A stretch of DNA of 61,312 bases, the filler included. It is 6 parts of 6 records of this genome, joined end to end, with 100 filler letters (N's around TTAATTAATTAA, not from the genome) between each part and the next. Parts side by side here need not be neighbours in the genome. Positions count along the whole stretch, not along the records: positions 1 to 9,129 come from DRR723986_686; positions 9,230 to 15,346 come from DRR723986_689; positions 15,447 to 25,603 come from DRR723986_693; 3 more parts are not named here. One strand, given 5' to 3'. A program made the translations under genes and the position numbers. This document shows, piece after piece, positions 7,633-17,709 of the stretch. The stretch's first letter is position 1. Every line of letters starts with the position of its first letter. The notes under the pieces were generated by a model, which had not been told where the DNA came from, made no database searches, and worked only from the letters and a program-made list of their open reading frames with translations.

Positions 7633-9030
7633 TCAGGAATTCCCGACTTTGGTGAAGTTCCACTGAGGACTGCCCAGAATTGCCTCACGCCCGCCCGCCC
7701 CGGCGATTTTCCGCGCTTGATCGGCATGGGCGCGCGCATTGACCGCCTCGGGGTCCAGCATCGCCGCCAGCAATGCCCGAGCCTCTTGCACGGCGTCGGG
7801 ACGCGAGGGCGCAAGGTCGGTCTCCTCGCAGGGATCGGCACTCAGGTCGAACAGCTGCGGCGGGTGGCCTTCTGCATAGTGGACGTATTTCCACTGCGTT
7901 CCATCGCGTGCCTGCCAACGCAGCATGGTCATGCCGACAGAACAGCCGCCATCGTGATATTCCGAGAGAACCGCGCGGCCGCGATCGGGCGGGTCCAGCA
8001 GCGACCGGCCGGAAAAACCGTCTGTCCCCTGCCCCATGGCCTGCGCAATCGTGGGCGCAATGTCGATCAGGCTGACAGGGTCGGCCCGATGCCCCGGCGC
8101 GACCCCCGGTCCGGCCACGATCAGAGGCACGCGGGTAGAGCTGTCATACATAACCGATTTGGTCCAGAACCCCTTTTCGCCCATCATATCGCCGTGGTCC
8201 GAGGTGAAGATGATCAGCGTGTCGTCGGCCTGTCCGCTGGCCTCCAGCGCCGCCAGAACCTTGTCCACTTGATCATCCACGAAACTGCACAGGGCGCGAT
8301 AGGCGGCATGGGCCAGCCCCCGCGTCTCGTCCGTGAAATGCTGGTCATGGGCAAAGAACCCGGCAATCTCGCGCAGGATCGGGTGGTCGGGCACGGGTTC
8401 TGCCGGGCAGGCATAGTCAGCCGGATCGTAGAGCGATAAGAATTCCTCTGGTGCGATCAGCGGGAAATGCGGGCTAAGCCACGACACGAAGGCCGCCCAG
8501 GGCCGCGCAGTTCGCTCCGGCTCGGTCAGCCAGTCGCACGCGGCCTTGGTCACGTCTGCATCATAGCGGGTATATCCGGTCCAACCCGCGCCCAATTCCT
8601 CGGCCAGCCCCGCCGTCGGTTCGTAATGCGGCACCGGGCGGCGCAACAGGCCATGCAGCCAGCCTACCCCTTCATGCACATGTAAGGGCTGGATTTGCCG
8701 GTCGAACCCGGTGTCATCGTCTTCGGACCGATAGTGAAGCTTGCCGATGGACACGACCTCTACCCCGCCGTCGCGCAGCCGATGCCCCCAGGATGGCACC
8801 GCACCGTCAAAGGGTTCGGCCGAGGACCAATAGCCGATCTCATGCACATCCCGCCCGGTGGCGATCGCGGCCCGTGCCGGAACGCAGATGGGGGACGGCG
8901 TATAGGCCGCATCAAACACCATCCCGCGCGCGGCCAGCGCGTCGATATGGGGCGTCCGCGCGCCAAGAGACGAGGCAGACCCCACCGCCCACCACGCCAT
9001 TTCATCGACCATGAGGAAGAGCGTGTTCAC
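7633..9030 (-). CDS. Formylglycine-dependent sulfatase (choline-sulfatase-like)
   Basis: CVPAR (CxPxR) motif, GKLH, PHFP, TSDHGD. Confidence 0.92.
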   Translation of the reverse strand: MNTLFLMVDEMAWWAVGSASSLGARTPHIDALAARGMVFDAAYTPSPICVPARAAIATGRDVHEIGYWSSAEPFDGAVPSWGHRLRDGGVEVVSIGKLHYRSEDDDTGFDRQIQPLHVHEGVGWLHGLLRRPVPHYEPTAGLAEELGAGWTGYTRYDADVTKAACDWLTEPERTARPWAAFVSWLSPHFPLIAPEEFLSLYDPADYACPAEPVPDHPILREIAGFFAHDQHFTDETRGLAHAAYRALCSFVDDQVDKVLAALEASGQADDTLIIFTSDHGDMMGEKGFWTKSVMYDSSTRVPLIVAGPGVAPGHRADPVSLIDIAPTIAQAMGQGTDGFSGRSLLDPPDRGRAVLSEYHDGGCSVGMTMLRWQARDGTQWKYVHYAEGHPPQLFDLSADPCEETDLAPSRPDAVQEARALLAAMLDPEAVNARAHADQARKIAGAGGREAILGSPQWNFTKVGNS

Positions 9031-9128
9031 CCCGCATGCATCCGCTTTTTGCGCGCCCGCGTCTCGGCGGTGCCCGCTGCGCTGCCGTCATGGAAAGTAC
9101 CGAACCAACGGTCCCACGGCATTTCCTG
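9027..9128 (-). CDS. Sterol desaturase/fatty-acid hydroxylase family protein, C-terminal fragment
   Basis: Reads EMPWDRWFGTFHDG... (WDRxFGT motif); GTGA overlap with the sulfatase; truncated by the contig end. Confidence 0.7.
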   Translation of the reverse strand, partial: QEMPWDRWFGTFHDGSAAGTAETRARKKRMHAG

Positions 9129-9129
9129 A

Positions 9130-9229
9130 NNNNNNNNNNNNNNNNNNNNNNNNNNNNNNNNNNNNNNNNNNNNTTAATTAATTAANNNNNNNNNNNNNNN
9201 NNNNNNNNNNNNNNNNNNNNNNNNNNNNN
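9130..9229. other. Artificial contig spacer
   Basis: N-run with central TTAATTAATTAA six-frame stop. Confidence 0.99.
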
Positions 9230-10102
9230 ATTGGTCTGAAAGGCGATGTCGTCGATCACCGAGATGATCTGAGAGATCTGGGCCGAGGACTTCTCGATCC
9301 GGGCCATGGCCTGGATCACGTCGTCGACCACGCGCCCGCCATCCTTCGCGGCGTTGCGGGTGTTTTGCGCCGATTCATCCGCACGCCGGGCGTTTTCGGC
9401 GGCATTCGCGGCATTGGCGGTCAGTTCCTCGACCGCGGCGGCTGTCTGCTCCAGCGTCGCGGCCTGCGTTTCCGTCCGGTTCGAGAGGTTCTCGGCAGAG
9501 CCGCGAATCTCGCTCCCCGAGGCTTCGATGGCACTGGATACCGTCTGGACGTTGTTCACCAGCTTGGCCAGCTGGCTGGCGGTGGCGTTGAACGCCTCTA
9601 CCATGAGTTGGATATCCTCGACCTCGCAATCGGGGATGCGATAGGCTAGGTTGCCGGACTTCATCTCCTCCAGCCCGGCGGTGATCGTGTCCCGGGCGAG
9701 CCGCCGCGCCGTGACGTCGCTGGCGACCTTGACCACCCGTTCCACCACCCCGTTCGCATCGCGGACCGGCGCATAGGTGGCCTGAATCCAGATGGTCTGC
9801 CCCGCCTTGGTGACGCGGGGATATTGCGAGGTAAAGGTCTTGCCCGCGGCAAGATCGGTCCAGAAGTCCCGATAGTCGTCCGAGGCGCGATGGTCCTCGT
9901 CCACGAAGATCGCGTGCTTCCGGCCCACGATTTCGTCGAGCGTATAGCCCAGAGCGGAGAGGAAGTTGGCATTCGCGGTCAGGATCGTGCCGTCGGGGCT
10001 GAAGTGAATCACCGCCTGCGTGTCCTGAACCATCTGCAGCAGGGCCGCATCCGGATCGGGTCCGGTTCTGGCAGAGGGTCTGTCCCTGTGAAACAGTCTC
10101 AT
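9230..10102 (-). CDS. PAS-domain soluble methyl-accepting chemotaxis protein, 3'-truncated
   Basis: PAS (DGTILTANANFL..GY, WIQATYAPV) plus MCP signalling domain (RTETQAATLEQTAAAVEELT, IDDIAFQTN). Confidence 0.92.
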
Positions 10103-10256
10103 CGTCTGGAAAGCCCTTCTTCCGGCGCTGGCGTTGGCCGGGATAGATAGGGCAGAAGTGTAAGCAGGGTCCTAACGCGCGCGGGTCTATGGATCCAAGT
10201 GTCGAGGTTCGGGCGCCTGCGCCCAAACCCGCGCGTCGGACACATCGGACGAAGAA

Positions 10257-10281
10257 GGCCGCGCAGCGATGCCGCGCGGCC
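10257..10281 (-). terminator. Hairpin downstream of phoX
   Basis: GGCCGCGCGGC..GCTGCGCGGCC stem followed by UUCUU. Confidence 0.5.
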
Positions 10282-10301
10282 CCGTTTCCGAATTGGCCGG
10301 T

Positions 10302-12164
10302 TCAGCCGATGGCCTGACCGTCTTCGCGCCAGATCGAGATCACCGAAGAGCGCGGGATGCCGTTGCCGTCCGGCCAGGACCCGCCGGGGTGCTGGATGCC
10401 GACGAAGGCCACCGTCTTGTCCGCCGACCAGCACAGGCCGGTCACTTCGGCGCCGTTGGGCGCGGTCAGGAAGCGGGCGATGTCGCCGGTTTCCGTGTTG
10501 CCCACCAGCATCTGATTGTTGCCCTGACCGGCGAAGTCGCCTTCGTTGCTGTCGTCGCCGTCGGTCTGGATCCAGAGCATGCCCTGCGTGTCGAAGGCCA
10601 TGCCATCGGGCGAGTTGAACATGTTGCCGGGGGTGACGTTGTCCGACCCGCCATAGGCGTTGTCATAGACCGCCGGGTTGCCGGCCATCACGTAGAGGTC
10701 CCATGTGAAGGTCTCGGCGCCGTGGTCCTCGCCCTCGGGGCGCCAGCGCACGATCTGGCCGTAGTCGTTGGTCTCGCGCGGGTTGACCGCGTTGACCGGC
10801 ATGGCATCGCCACCGCGCTTGGAGTTGTTGGTGAGCGCGCAGTAGGCCTCGGCCTTCAGCGGGTTCACGGCGATCCACTCGGGGCGGTCCATGGTGGTTG
10901 CGCCGACCTTGGACCCGGCGATGCGGGCGTGCACCAGCAGGTCGGCCAGTTCCATCCCCGTGGTCTCGGGCGTCAGGGCCAGCCATTCGCCGGTCATGTC
11001 GTCGTTGAACTTGGCCACGTAAAGCGTGCCGTCCGACAACAGGCCATCGGTCGATCCGCCCTCGGTGTAGACGCCGTTCGAGACGAAGCGATACATGAAC
11101 TCGCCGCGCTCGTCGTCGCCCATGTAGACCACGACGCGGCCGTCTACGGCCTGCGTCATCGCCGCGTTCTCGTGCTTGAAGCGGCCAAGGGCGGTGTGCT
11201 TGACGGGCGTGCTTTCGGGGTCGGCGGGGTCGATCTCGGTGATCCAGCCGTGGCGGTTGGGCTCGTTCGGCTCTTTCGAGAGATCGTAGCGCTCGTCGAA
11301 CTTCTCATAGGCGTAACGGCCTTCGCCGCCGATGCCATAGCGCTCGAAGCCCTCGGTCAGCGAGAACTCTCCGGTGGCGCCGAAGTAGCCGTTGAAGTTC
11401 TCTTCGCAGGTCAGGTAGGTGCCCCAGAGCGTCCGGCCCGAACCGCAGTTGTTCATGGTGCCCTTGGGGGACATGCCCTCGGGGTCGGCATTGGTCTTGA
11501 CCAGATCCGAACCCGCGACGGGGCCGTCCATGGTCATCTGCGTCTCATGGGTGATGCGGCGGTTGTAGGGGCTGTCCACGACCACGGCATACCCGTCGCC
11601 CTGATCGGCCACTTCCATCACCGTCACGCCCTGCAGGTTCTTCAGAAGGCGGACTTCATCGGCGTTCTTGGGCATGCCCTCGCTGTCGGCGGGCAGGTTG
11701 ATCTTGGGGTTCACATACTCGGAGTTCACGGCGATCAGCTGCTTGCCGTCCACCTCGAACAGTTCCATGCCGTCGGTGTTCTCGCCGAAGACCTTGTCCG
11801 ACATCTCGACCGAGACGCCGGTCTCGGGCGAAAAGGCGCCCTCTGCCTCGGACCACAGGGCGTCGCCCCAGCGCACCAGCGGCTTCCACGCATAGCCCTC
11901 GGGGACGTGGATGTCGAAGTCGGTGGCGATGTCGATGGGCGTAAAGGCGAATCCTGCGGCCTGCGCGCGGGCCGAGGTGGCCGAGCCGAAGACGCCGGTA
12001 CCCATGGCAACGGCACCCGAGCCGAAGGCCAGCGCGCCGCCAAGGAAGCCACGGCGCGAGATGGCGCGGTCGACGACGGCGTCGAACTCGCAACGGGCGG
12101 GGCGGGGGTCACGGAGTTCGTCGAATTCGTCCCAGGACAGATCGACGATGTCGCTCTTTTTCAT
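10302..12164 (-). CDS. phoX: PhoX alkaline phosphatase, Tat-exported
   Basis: SRRGFLGG Tat motif; NNC..G.T.WGTYLTCEEN, ALGRFKHE, MDRPEW, FNSPD, E.TG, IQHPG. Confidence 0.95.
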   Translation of the reverse strand: MKKSDIVDLSWDEFDELRDPRPARCEFDAVVDRAISRRGFLGGALAFGSGAVAMGTGVFGSATSARAQAAGFAFTPIDIATDFDIHVPEGYAWKPLVRWGDALWSEAEGAFSPETGVSVEMSDKVFGENTDGMELFEVDGKQLIAVNSEYVNPKINLPADSEGMPKNADEVRLLKNLQGVTVMEVADQGDGYAVVVDSPYNRRITHETQMTMDGPVAGSDLVKTNADPEGMSPKGTMNNCGSGRTLWGTYLTCEENFNGYFGATGEFSLTEGFERYGIGGEGRYAYEKFDERYDLSKEPNEPNRHGWITEIDPADPESTPVKHTALGRFKHENAAMTQAVDGRVVVYMGDDERGEFMYRFVSNGVYTEGGSTDGLLSDGTLYVAKFNDDMTGEWLALTPETTGMELADLLVHARIAGSKVGATTMDRPEWIAVNPLKAEAYCALTNNSKRGGDAMPVNAVNPRETNDYGQIVRWRPEGEDHGAETFTWDLYVMAGNPAVYDNAYGGSDNVTPGNMFNSPDGMAFDTQGMLWIQTDGDDSNEGDFAGQGNNQMLVGNTETGDIARFLTAPNGAEVTGLCWSADKTVAFVGIQHPGGSWPDGNGIPRSSVISIWREDGQAIG

Positions 12165-12240
12165 GGCTGGCCTCTCTGGCTTGCAATCCTTCGGCCATCC
12201 GGGAATCGGCTGGCCTCGGGCGCGAAACTGAGGGCGGAGT

Positions 12241-12269
12241 GTAACGGAGAGGCGACGGTTTCGTGACGG
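12241..12269 (-). promoter_or_regulatory. Pho box (PhoB site), three direct repeats
   Basis: Minus strand CCGTCAC-gaaa-CCGTCGC-ctct-CCGTTAC with 11-bp period, upstream of phoX. Confidence 0.8.
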
Positions 12270-12313
12270 TTTCTTGGGACGGGGTGTTTTCCGCAATTGC
12301 CTGATCGGAAACG

Positions 12314-12342
12314 GAAAAACCGCGCCGGGGGTCCGGCGCGGT
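12314..12342 (-). terminator. Terminator after rplI
   Basis: ACCGCGCCG..CGGCGCGGT stem plus U-tract. Confidence 0.7.
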
Positions 12343-12372
12343 CCGATGTGTCCTGCGAAAGCCCGGGGGCGA

Positions 12373-13002
12373 TCACATGTCGCGGGGATCTTCCGAACCC
12401 TCTTCGGCGCGGGGCGCGGGCGCCTCGTCGTCGAAGTCGTCGTTGGCCGCGCCGCCCATGTCGTCGAACAGCTGGCTGACCTCGAATTCGGCGGCTGCCT
12501 CTTCCTCGGCGGCCAGGTCCTGGATGGACTTGCCGGCTTCCTGAAGCTCTGCCTCTTCGGGCGAGCGGGCGACGTTCAGCGTGACCACGCACATCACCTC
12601 GGGGTGCAGGTGCACCTCGATGTCGTGCAGGCCCAGTTCCTTGATCGGCTGACGGATCAGGATCTGCTTGCGGTCGATCGAGAAGCCCTCGGCGGTGGCG
12701 ACATCGGCAGCGTCACGGGTGGTGACGGAGCCGTAGAGGTTGCCGCCGTCGGACGCCTGGCGAATCACGACGAACTTCTGTCCGTCGAGACGCTCTGCCA
12801 GTTTCTCGGCCTCGCCCTTGGTTTCGAGGTTGCGTGCCTCGAGCTGCGCCTTCTGCTCTTCGAAGGCAGCGATGTTCTCTTTCGAGGCGGTCAGCGCCTT
12901 GCCCTGCAGCAGCAGGTAGTTGCGCGCGAAACCCGGCTTGACGGTGACGACGTCACCCATCTGGCCCAGCTTGGCCACGCGTTCGAGAAGGATAACTTGC
13001 AT
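12373..13002 (-). CDS. rplI: 50S ribosomal protein L9
   Basis: [36 protein letters not shown]. Confidence 0.98.
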   Translation of the reverse strand: MQVILLERVAKLGQMGDVVTVKPGFARNYLLLQGKALTASKENIAAFEEQKAQLEARNLETKGEAEKLAERLDGQKFVVIRQASDGGNLYGSVTTRDAADVATAEGFSIDRKQILIRQPIKELGLHDIEVHLHPEVMCVVTLNVARSPEEAELQEAGKSIQDLAAEEEAAAEFEVSQLFDDMGGAANDDFDDEAPAPRAEEGSEDPRDM

Positions 13003-13012
13003 GTCGCTCTCC

Positions 13013-13240
13013 TTACTTCACGGCGTAGGGCAGAAGGGCGAGGAAGCGGGCGCGCTTGATGGCGCGGGCCAGTTCACGCTGCTTCTTCGCCGAGACGGCG
13101 GTGATGCGCGACGGCACGATCTTGCCGCGCTCGGACACGTAACGCTGCAGCAGCTTGGTGTCCTTGTAGTCGATCTTGGGCGCATTGTCCCCCGAGAAGG
13201 GGCAGACCTTGCGGCGGCGGAAAAACGGTTTTGCAGCCAT
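13013..13240 (-). CDS. rpsR: 30S ribosomal protein S18
   Basis: [35 protein letters not shown]. Confidence 0.99.
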   Translation of the reverse strand: MAAKPFFRRRKVCPFSGDNAPKIDYKDTKLLQRYVSERGKIVPSRITAVSAKKQRELARAIKRARFLALLPYAVK

Positions 13241-13263
13241 GGTTTAACTCCTTGTTCCGGGGA

Positions 13264-13650
13264 TCAGTCGCGGGGCCGGCGCTCGCGGCGGTCGCCACGA
13301 TCACCACGGTCGCCGCGGTCGCGCTCGTCGCGCTTCTGCATCTGGATCGACGGACCTTCGGCGTGCTCGTCGACCTTGATGGTCAGGACGCGCATCACGT
13401 CGTCATGCAGGCGCATCAGGCGCTCCATCTCCTGAACGGCCGACGACGGGGCGTCGGTGCGCAGGAAGGCGTAGTGGCCCTTGCGGTTCTTGTTGATCTT
13501 GTAGGCCATGGTCTTGACGCCCCAGTACTCGGACTCGACGACCTTGCCGCCGTTGTCGGAGAGGACGGTCGAAAAGTGTTCGACGAGACCTTCGGCCTGC
13601 GCGTTGGACAGGTCCTGACGCGAGATAAAGACATGCTCGTAAAGCGGCAT
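13264..13650 (-). CDS. rpsF: 30S ribosomal protein S6
   Basis: MPLYEHVFISRQD, EYWG.KTMAYKINKNRKGHY. Confidence 0.98.
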   Translation of the reverse strand: MPLYEHVFISRQDLSNAQAEGLVEHFSTVLSDNGGKVVESEYWGVKTMAYKINKNRKGHYAFLRTDAPSSAVQEMERLMRLHDDVMRVLTIKVDEHAEGPSIQMQKRDERDRGDRGDRGDRRERRPRD

Positions 13651-13890
13651 GTGCACTCCATTTCTGTCATGGCGCATTTCATAGGGCAGGGGCCTTCGTC
13701 CTCTCGCGCCCTGCCCACGAGAGACTGCGCGGGATGAATACGTCTTGCGAGAGGAAGGCCCCATATACACGCCTGCGCCGCTTTCGCAAGGGGTGGCACG
13801 GCGGTCGCAGCATTGTCCGGAAGGTGCCGCATTGCCGTCGCTATGTTCATGGAGGATGCCCGCAGCATCGACAGCCCCGCAGGAGAGACC

Positions 13891-14139
13891 ATGACCGCAG
13901 CCGGAACCCAGACAGAGCAGGCGCCCCGGGGCGGCGCCGATCGCGCCACCGCCTTCGTCGCGCGGGTCGTCTTCGCGATCGTGGGCGGCGCGCTGACGCT
14001 GGCGGCCTTCGGGATATGGCTGGTGCCCGGCGCCGGAGAGATGCCCTCGCTCTTCCTGATGAAGCTGGGTGTCTCGCTGTTCATGCTGATCGCGGGCATG
14101 TGCTGCGTGGTCATCGGGCGCGGCGCGCGGGGGCGCTGA
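13891..14139 (+). CDS. Small two-TM hypothetical membrane protein
   Basis: AGGAGA RBS, two hydrophobic helices. Confidence 0.6.
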   Translation: MTAAGTQTEQAPRGGADRATAFVARVVFAIVGGALTLAAFGIWLVPGAGEMPSLFLMKLGVSLFMLIAGMCCVVIGRGARGR

Positions 14140-14250
14140 GGGCGCGACGCGCGGGGGCGCCGAGCCTCCGTTACGGCATCCATCCGATTGCGCAAAGCCA
14201 CCGGGACCTGTAAGCCCCGGGAAACCGGCACGGAACGCAAGGAGGAGGCC

Positions 14251-15192
14251 ATGAGCCGCGCATTCATTTTCCCGGGGCAGGGCGCTCAGGCGATCGGCAT
14301 GGGTCGCGATCTGGCAGAGGCCTACCCCGCCGCCCGCGCCGTCTTCGAAGAGGTTGACGCGGCGCTTGGCGAAAGCCTGTCCGCGCTGATCTGGGAGGGC
14401 GACATCGACAGCCTGACCCTGACGCAGAACGCGCAGCCGGCGCTCATGGCGACCTCGCTGGCGGCGATGCGCGCGCTGGAGGCCGAGGGCGTCTCGATCG
14501 AGGCCGCGGCCTTCGTTGCCGGTCATTCGCTGGGCGAATATTCCGCGCTGACCGCCGCGGGCAGCCTGTCGGTCGCGGATGCGGCCCGCCTGCTGCGGCT
14601 GCGCGGCAAGGCCATGCAAGAGGCGGTGCCGGTGGGCGAGGGCGCCATGGCGGCGGTTCTTGGGCTCGACCTTGCCGCGGTGCGGACCGTGGTGGCCGAG
14701 GCCGCACAGGGCGACGTTCTGGCGGCCGCCAACGACAACGACCCCGCGCAGGTGGTGATTTCAGGCGCGAAGGCGGCGGTGGAGCGGGCGGCGGAGCTGG
14801 CCAAGGCCGCCGGCGCGAAGCGGGCCCTGATGCTGCCGGTCAGCGCGCCCTTCCATTGCGCGCTCATGGCGCCGGCTGCGCGCGTCATGGCAGAGGCGCT
14901 CGACGACGTGCATATCGACGCCCCCCGGGTGCCGCTGGTGGCCAATGTGACCGCCGACCGGGTGACGGACGAGGCGACGATCCGCTCGCTGCTGGTGGAA
15001 CAGGTCTGCGGATCGGTGCGCTGGCGCGAGTCGGTGGACTACATGGTCCGGCAGGGCGTCACGGAGTTCTGGGAGATCGGCGCCGGCAAGGCGTTGTCCG
15101 GCATGGTGCGCCGGATCCACAAGGAGGCCGCGGTGCGCGCGGTCGGGACGCCTGCCGATGTCACCGCCGCCGCCGAGAGCCTGCGGGCGTGA
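14251..15192 (+). CDS. fabD: Malonyl CoA-ACP transacylase
   Basis: FPGQGAQ, GHSLGE, VSAPFH, SVRW. Confidence 0.98.
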   Translation: MSRAFIFPGQGAQAIGMGRDLAEAYPAARAVFEEVDAALGESLSALIWEGDIDSLTLTQNAQPALMATSLAAMRALEAEGVSIEAAAFVAGHSLGEYSALTAAGSLSVADAARLLRLRGKAMQEAVPVGEGAMAAVLGLDLAAVRTVVAEAAQGDVLAAANDNDPAQVVISGAKAAVERAAELAKAAGAKRALMLPVSAPFHCALMAPAARVMAEALDDVHIDAPRVPLVANVTADRVTDEATIRSLLVEQVCGSVRWRESVDYMVRQGVTEFWEIGAGKALSGMVRRIHKEAAVRAVGTPADVTAAAESLRA

Positions 15193-15201
15193 CAGGCGAC
15201 A

Positions 15202-15227
15202 GGCCCCCCGCGGGGGGCCGTTTTCTT
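15202..15227 (+). terminator. Hairpin/terminator between fabD and fabG
   Basis: GGCCCCC-CGCG-GGGGGCC followed by GUUUUCUU. Confidence 0.5.
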
Positions 15228-15285
15228 GGGAAGAAAACGGCACGAATTCCGGCGCGGAATTCGGTGCCGCGAGAAGGAGAGCGAG

Positions 15286-15346
15286 ATGTTTGATCTGACA
15301 GGGAAGTCCGCGCTGATCACCGGCGCTTCGGGGGGGATCGGCGGGG
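15286..15346 (+). CDS. fabG: 3-oxoacyl-ACP reductase, 5' fragment
   Basis: MFDLTGKSALITGASGGIG directly after fabD; AAGGAG RBS. Confidence 0.88.
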
Positions 15347-15446
15347 NNNNNNNNNNNNNNNNNNNNNNNNNNNNNNNNNNNNNNNNNNNNTTAATTAATT
15401 AANNNNNNNNNNNNNNNNNNNNNNNNNNNNNNNNNNNNNNNNNNNN
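15347..15446. other. Artificial contig spacer
   Basis: N-run with TTAATTAATTAA. Confidence 0.99.
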
Positions 15447-15447
15447 G

Positions 15448-16740
15448 GACCGCGCCCTGTCGCGCCGGTTCCAGAAAATTGATGTGAATGAGCCTTCCGT
15501 CGAAGATGCGGTGAAGATCCTGCGCGGTCTGAAACCGTATTTCGAGGATCACCATTCGGTCAAATATACATCGGATGCGATCAAAACCTCTGTCGAACTG
15601 GCGCACCGTTATATCAATGACCGCAAGCTGCCGGACAGCGCGATTGACGTGATCGACGAGGCCGGCGCGGCGCAACATCTGGTTGTCGCCTCCAAACGCC
15701 GCAAGACCATCGGCACCAAAGAGGTAGAGGCCGTCGTCGCCAAGATCGCCCGCATCCCGCCCAAGAATGTCTCCAAGGATGATGTGATTGTGCTCAAAGA
15801 CCTCGAAACCTCGCTCAAGCGGGTGGTCTTTGGTCAGGATACCGCGATTGAGGCGCTTTCCTCCGCCATCAAATTGGCGCGCGCGGGCCTGCGGGAGCCG
15901 GAAAAACCCATCGGCAACTACCTGTTCGCTGGTCCGACAGGCGTCGGGAAAACCGAGGTTGCCAAGCAATTGGCCGATACCCTTGGTGTGGAATTGCTGC
16001 GCTTTGACATGTCCGAATACATGGAAAAACACGCCGTTTCGCGCCTGATTGGTGCGCCTCCCGGTTATGTCGGCTTTGATCAGGGCGGGTTGTTGACCGA
16101 CGGCGTTGACCAGCATCCCCATTGCGTGCTGCTCCTCGACGAGATGGAGAAAGCGCACCCTGATGTCTACAACATCCTGTTGCAGGTGATGGATAACGGC
16201 CGCCTGACGGATCACAACGGGCGCACCGTTGATTTCCGCAATGTGGTGCTGATCATGACCTCTAACGCCGGTGCCGCAGAACAGGCAAAAGAGGCCGTCG
16301 GCTTTGGCCGGGATCGCCGCACCGGTGAGGATACCGCCGCGATTGAACGAACCTTCACGCCGGAATTCCGCAACCGTCTGGATGCCGTGATCAGTTTTGG
16401 CGCATTGCCCAAAGAAGTGATCCTGCGGGTGGTCGAGAAATTTGTGCTGCAACTCGAAGCGCAATTGATGGACCGCAACGTGACCATCGAGCTCAGCAAG
16501 AAAGCCGCCGAATGGCTGGCCGACAAAGGGTATGATGACAAAATGGGCGCACGTCCTCTGGGCCGTGTGATTCAGGAACACATCAAAAAACCGTTGGCCG
16601 AAGAACTGCTGTTTGGCTCACTCGCCAAAGGCGGTGTTGTGAAGGTCGGCGTGAAAAAAGGTGAACTGGACCTGACCATTCTCGGCCTTGAAAAGCCGCA
16701 GATCTCAGGCAACAAACCACCGCTATTGACTGCGGAATGA
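15448..16740 (+). CDS. clpA: ATP-dependent Clp protease ATPase ClpA, 5'-truncated
   Basis: DRALSRRFQ, LPDSAIDVIDEA, GPTGVGKT, RFDMSEY, LLDEMEKAH, VGF loop, MGARPL. Confidence 0.97.
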   Translation, partial: DRALSRRFQKIDVNEPSVEDAVKILRGLKPYFEDHHSVKYTSDAIKTSVELAHRYINDRKLPDSAIDVIDEAGAAQHLVVASKRRKTIGTKEVEAVVAKIARIPPKNVSKDDVIVLKDLETSLKRVVFGQDTAIEALSSAIKLARAGLREPEKPIGNYLFAGPTGVGKTEVAKQLADTLGVELLRFDMSEYMEKHAVSRLIGAPPGYVGFDQGGLLTDGVDQHPHCVLLLDEMEKAHPDVYNILLQVMDNGRLTDHNGRTVDFRNVVLIMTSNAGAAEQAKEAVGFGRDRRTGEDTAAIERTFTPEFRNRLDAVISFGALPKEVILRVVEKFVLQLEAQLMDRNVTIELSKKAAEWLADKGYDDKMGARPLGRVIQEHIKKPLAEELLFGSLAKGGVVKVGVKKGELDLTILGLEKPQISGNKPPLLTAE

Positions 16741-17705
16741 TCCTGCGGGGCTTATTGGCCCTGCTTGCCCCCTTCGCCGGCTCCGCGCTGGCGGAGGGGT
16801 TTCTTTTGGATCTGCCGATTGACTGCGATCTTGGGCAGACCTGTTATATCCAGCAATATGTTGACCACGACCCAAGCGAAGCCGCGCAGGATTACCGCTG
16901 TGCCGGGCTCAGCTATGATGGTCACAAAGGCACCGATTTTGCCCTGCCGCACCTCGCCTTGATGCAACAGGGCGTGCCTGTTTTGGCAGCGGCCCACGGT
17001 GTGGTGGTCGGGCTGCGCGATGGCATGGCAGATGAGGTCTATTCGCAGGCCAATGCCCAAAAGGTGAAAGGCCGGGAATGCGGCAACGGCGTGGTGCTGC
17101 GCCATGAGGGTGGTTGGGAAACCCAATATTGCCATCTCAAACGTGGATCGCTGACCGTGGCGAAAGGGGATCGGCTCGCCGTTGGCACCCCTCTCGGAGA
17201 GGTTGGAATGTCAGGGCGCGCGGCCTTTCCGCATCTGCATTTGTCGGTGCGCAAGGATGGCAATCAGATTGATCCATTTGTGCCAAACGGGGAAACCTCT
17301 TGCGCCGCTGCGCCATCCCAAACCCTCTGGCGTGATCCGCCGCCTTATCGTGCGGGCGGGTTGCTCTTGTCTGGGTTTGCCGATCAAGTGCCCGATTATT
17401 CCGAGGTCAAGGAGGGCACAGCCAGCAGCGCATTGTCCAGCACATCGGCCAATATCGTCGCATTCTCTTTCGGCTTTGGCTTTCGCAAAGGCGATATTTT
17501 AGACATCTCCATCACCGGTCCAAAGGGCCTGCGCCTGTCAAAACGCCATAACTTTGACAAAGCAAACGCCCAAGCCTTCCGCGCGATCGGACAGAAGCGC
17601 CGCCGCGCCCCTTGGCCATCCGGCGACTATTCGGGCCGGGCGGCCCTCATCCGGGGCGGCGCAGAGATCAGCAGCCACAGTTGGACCGCCACCATCGCAG
17701 ATTAA
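16737..17705 (+). CDS. M23 family metallopeptidase
   Basis: HKGTD (HxxxD), YCHL, PHLH. Confidence 0.9.
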   Translation: MILRGLLALLAPFAGSALAEGFLLDLPIDCDLGQTCYIQQYVDHDPSEAAQDYRCAGLSYDGHKGTDFALPHLALMQQGVPVLAAAHGVVVGLRDGMADEVYSQANAQKVKGRECGNGVVLRHEGGWETQYCHLKRGSLTVAKGDRLAVGTPLGEVGMSGRAAFPHLHLSVRKDGNQIDPFVPNGETSCAAAPSQTLWRDPPPYRAGGLLLSGFADQVPDYSEVKEGTASSALSSTSANIVAFSFGFGFRKGDILDISITGPKGLRLSKRHNFDKANAQAFRAIGQKRRRAPWPSGDYSGRAALIRGGAEISSHSWTATIAD

Positions 17706-17709
17706 TGCG

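Noticed and set aside
9130-9229. Recurrent TTAATTAATTAA palindrome within N-runs (five times)
   Set aside because: Artificial six-frame-stop linker joining contigs; not biological
10180-10196. Possible CtrA site upstream of the MCP (GTAA-N8-CTAAC)
   Set aside because: Wrong spacing and two mismatches
10269-12266. Long antisense ORFs (665 aa opposite phoX; similar ones opposite aceE, lpdA and the kinase)
   Set aside because: Shadow ORFs caused by high-GC codon bias; no recognisable motifs
13270-13335. RGD-RGD repeats in the S6 tail
   Set aside because: Low-complexity C-terminal extension that is ordinary for alphaproteobacterial S6
13683-13716. Hairpin upstream of rpsF as an S6:S18 leader
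   Set aside because: Stem is present, but I cannot verify the conserved motif without a covariance model
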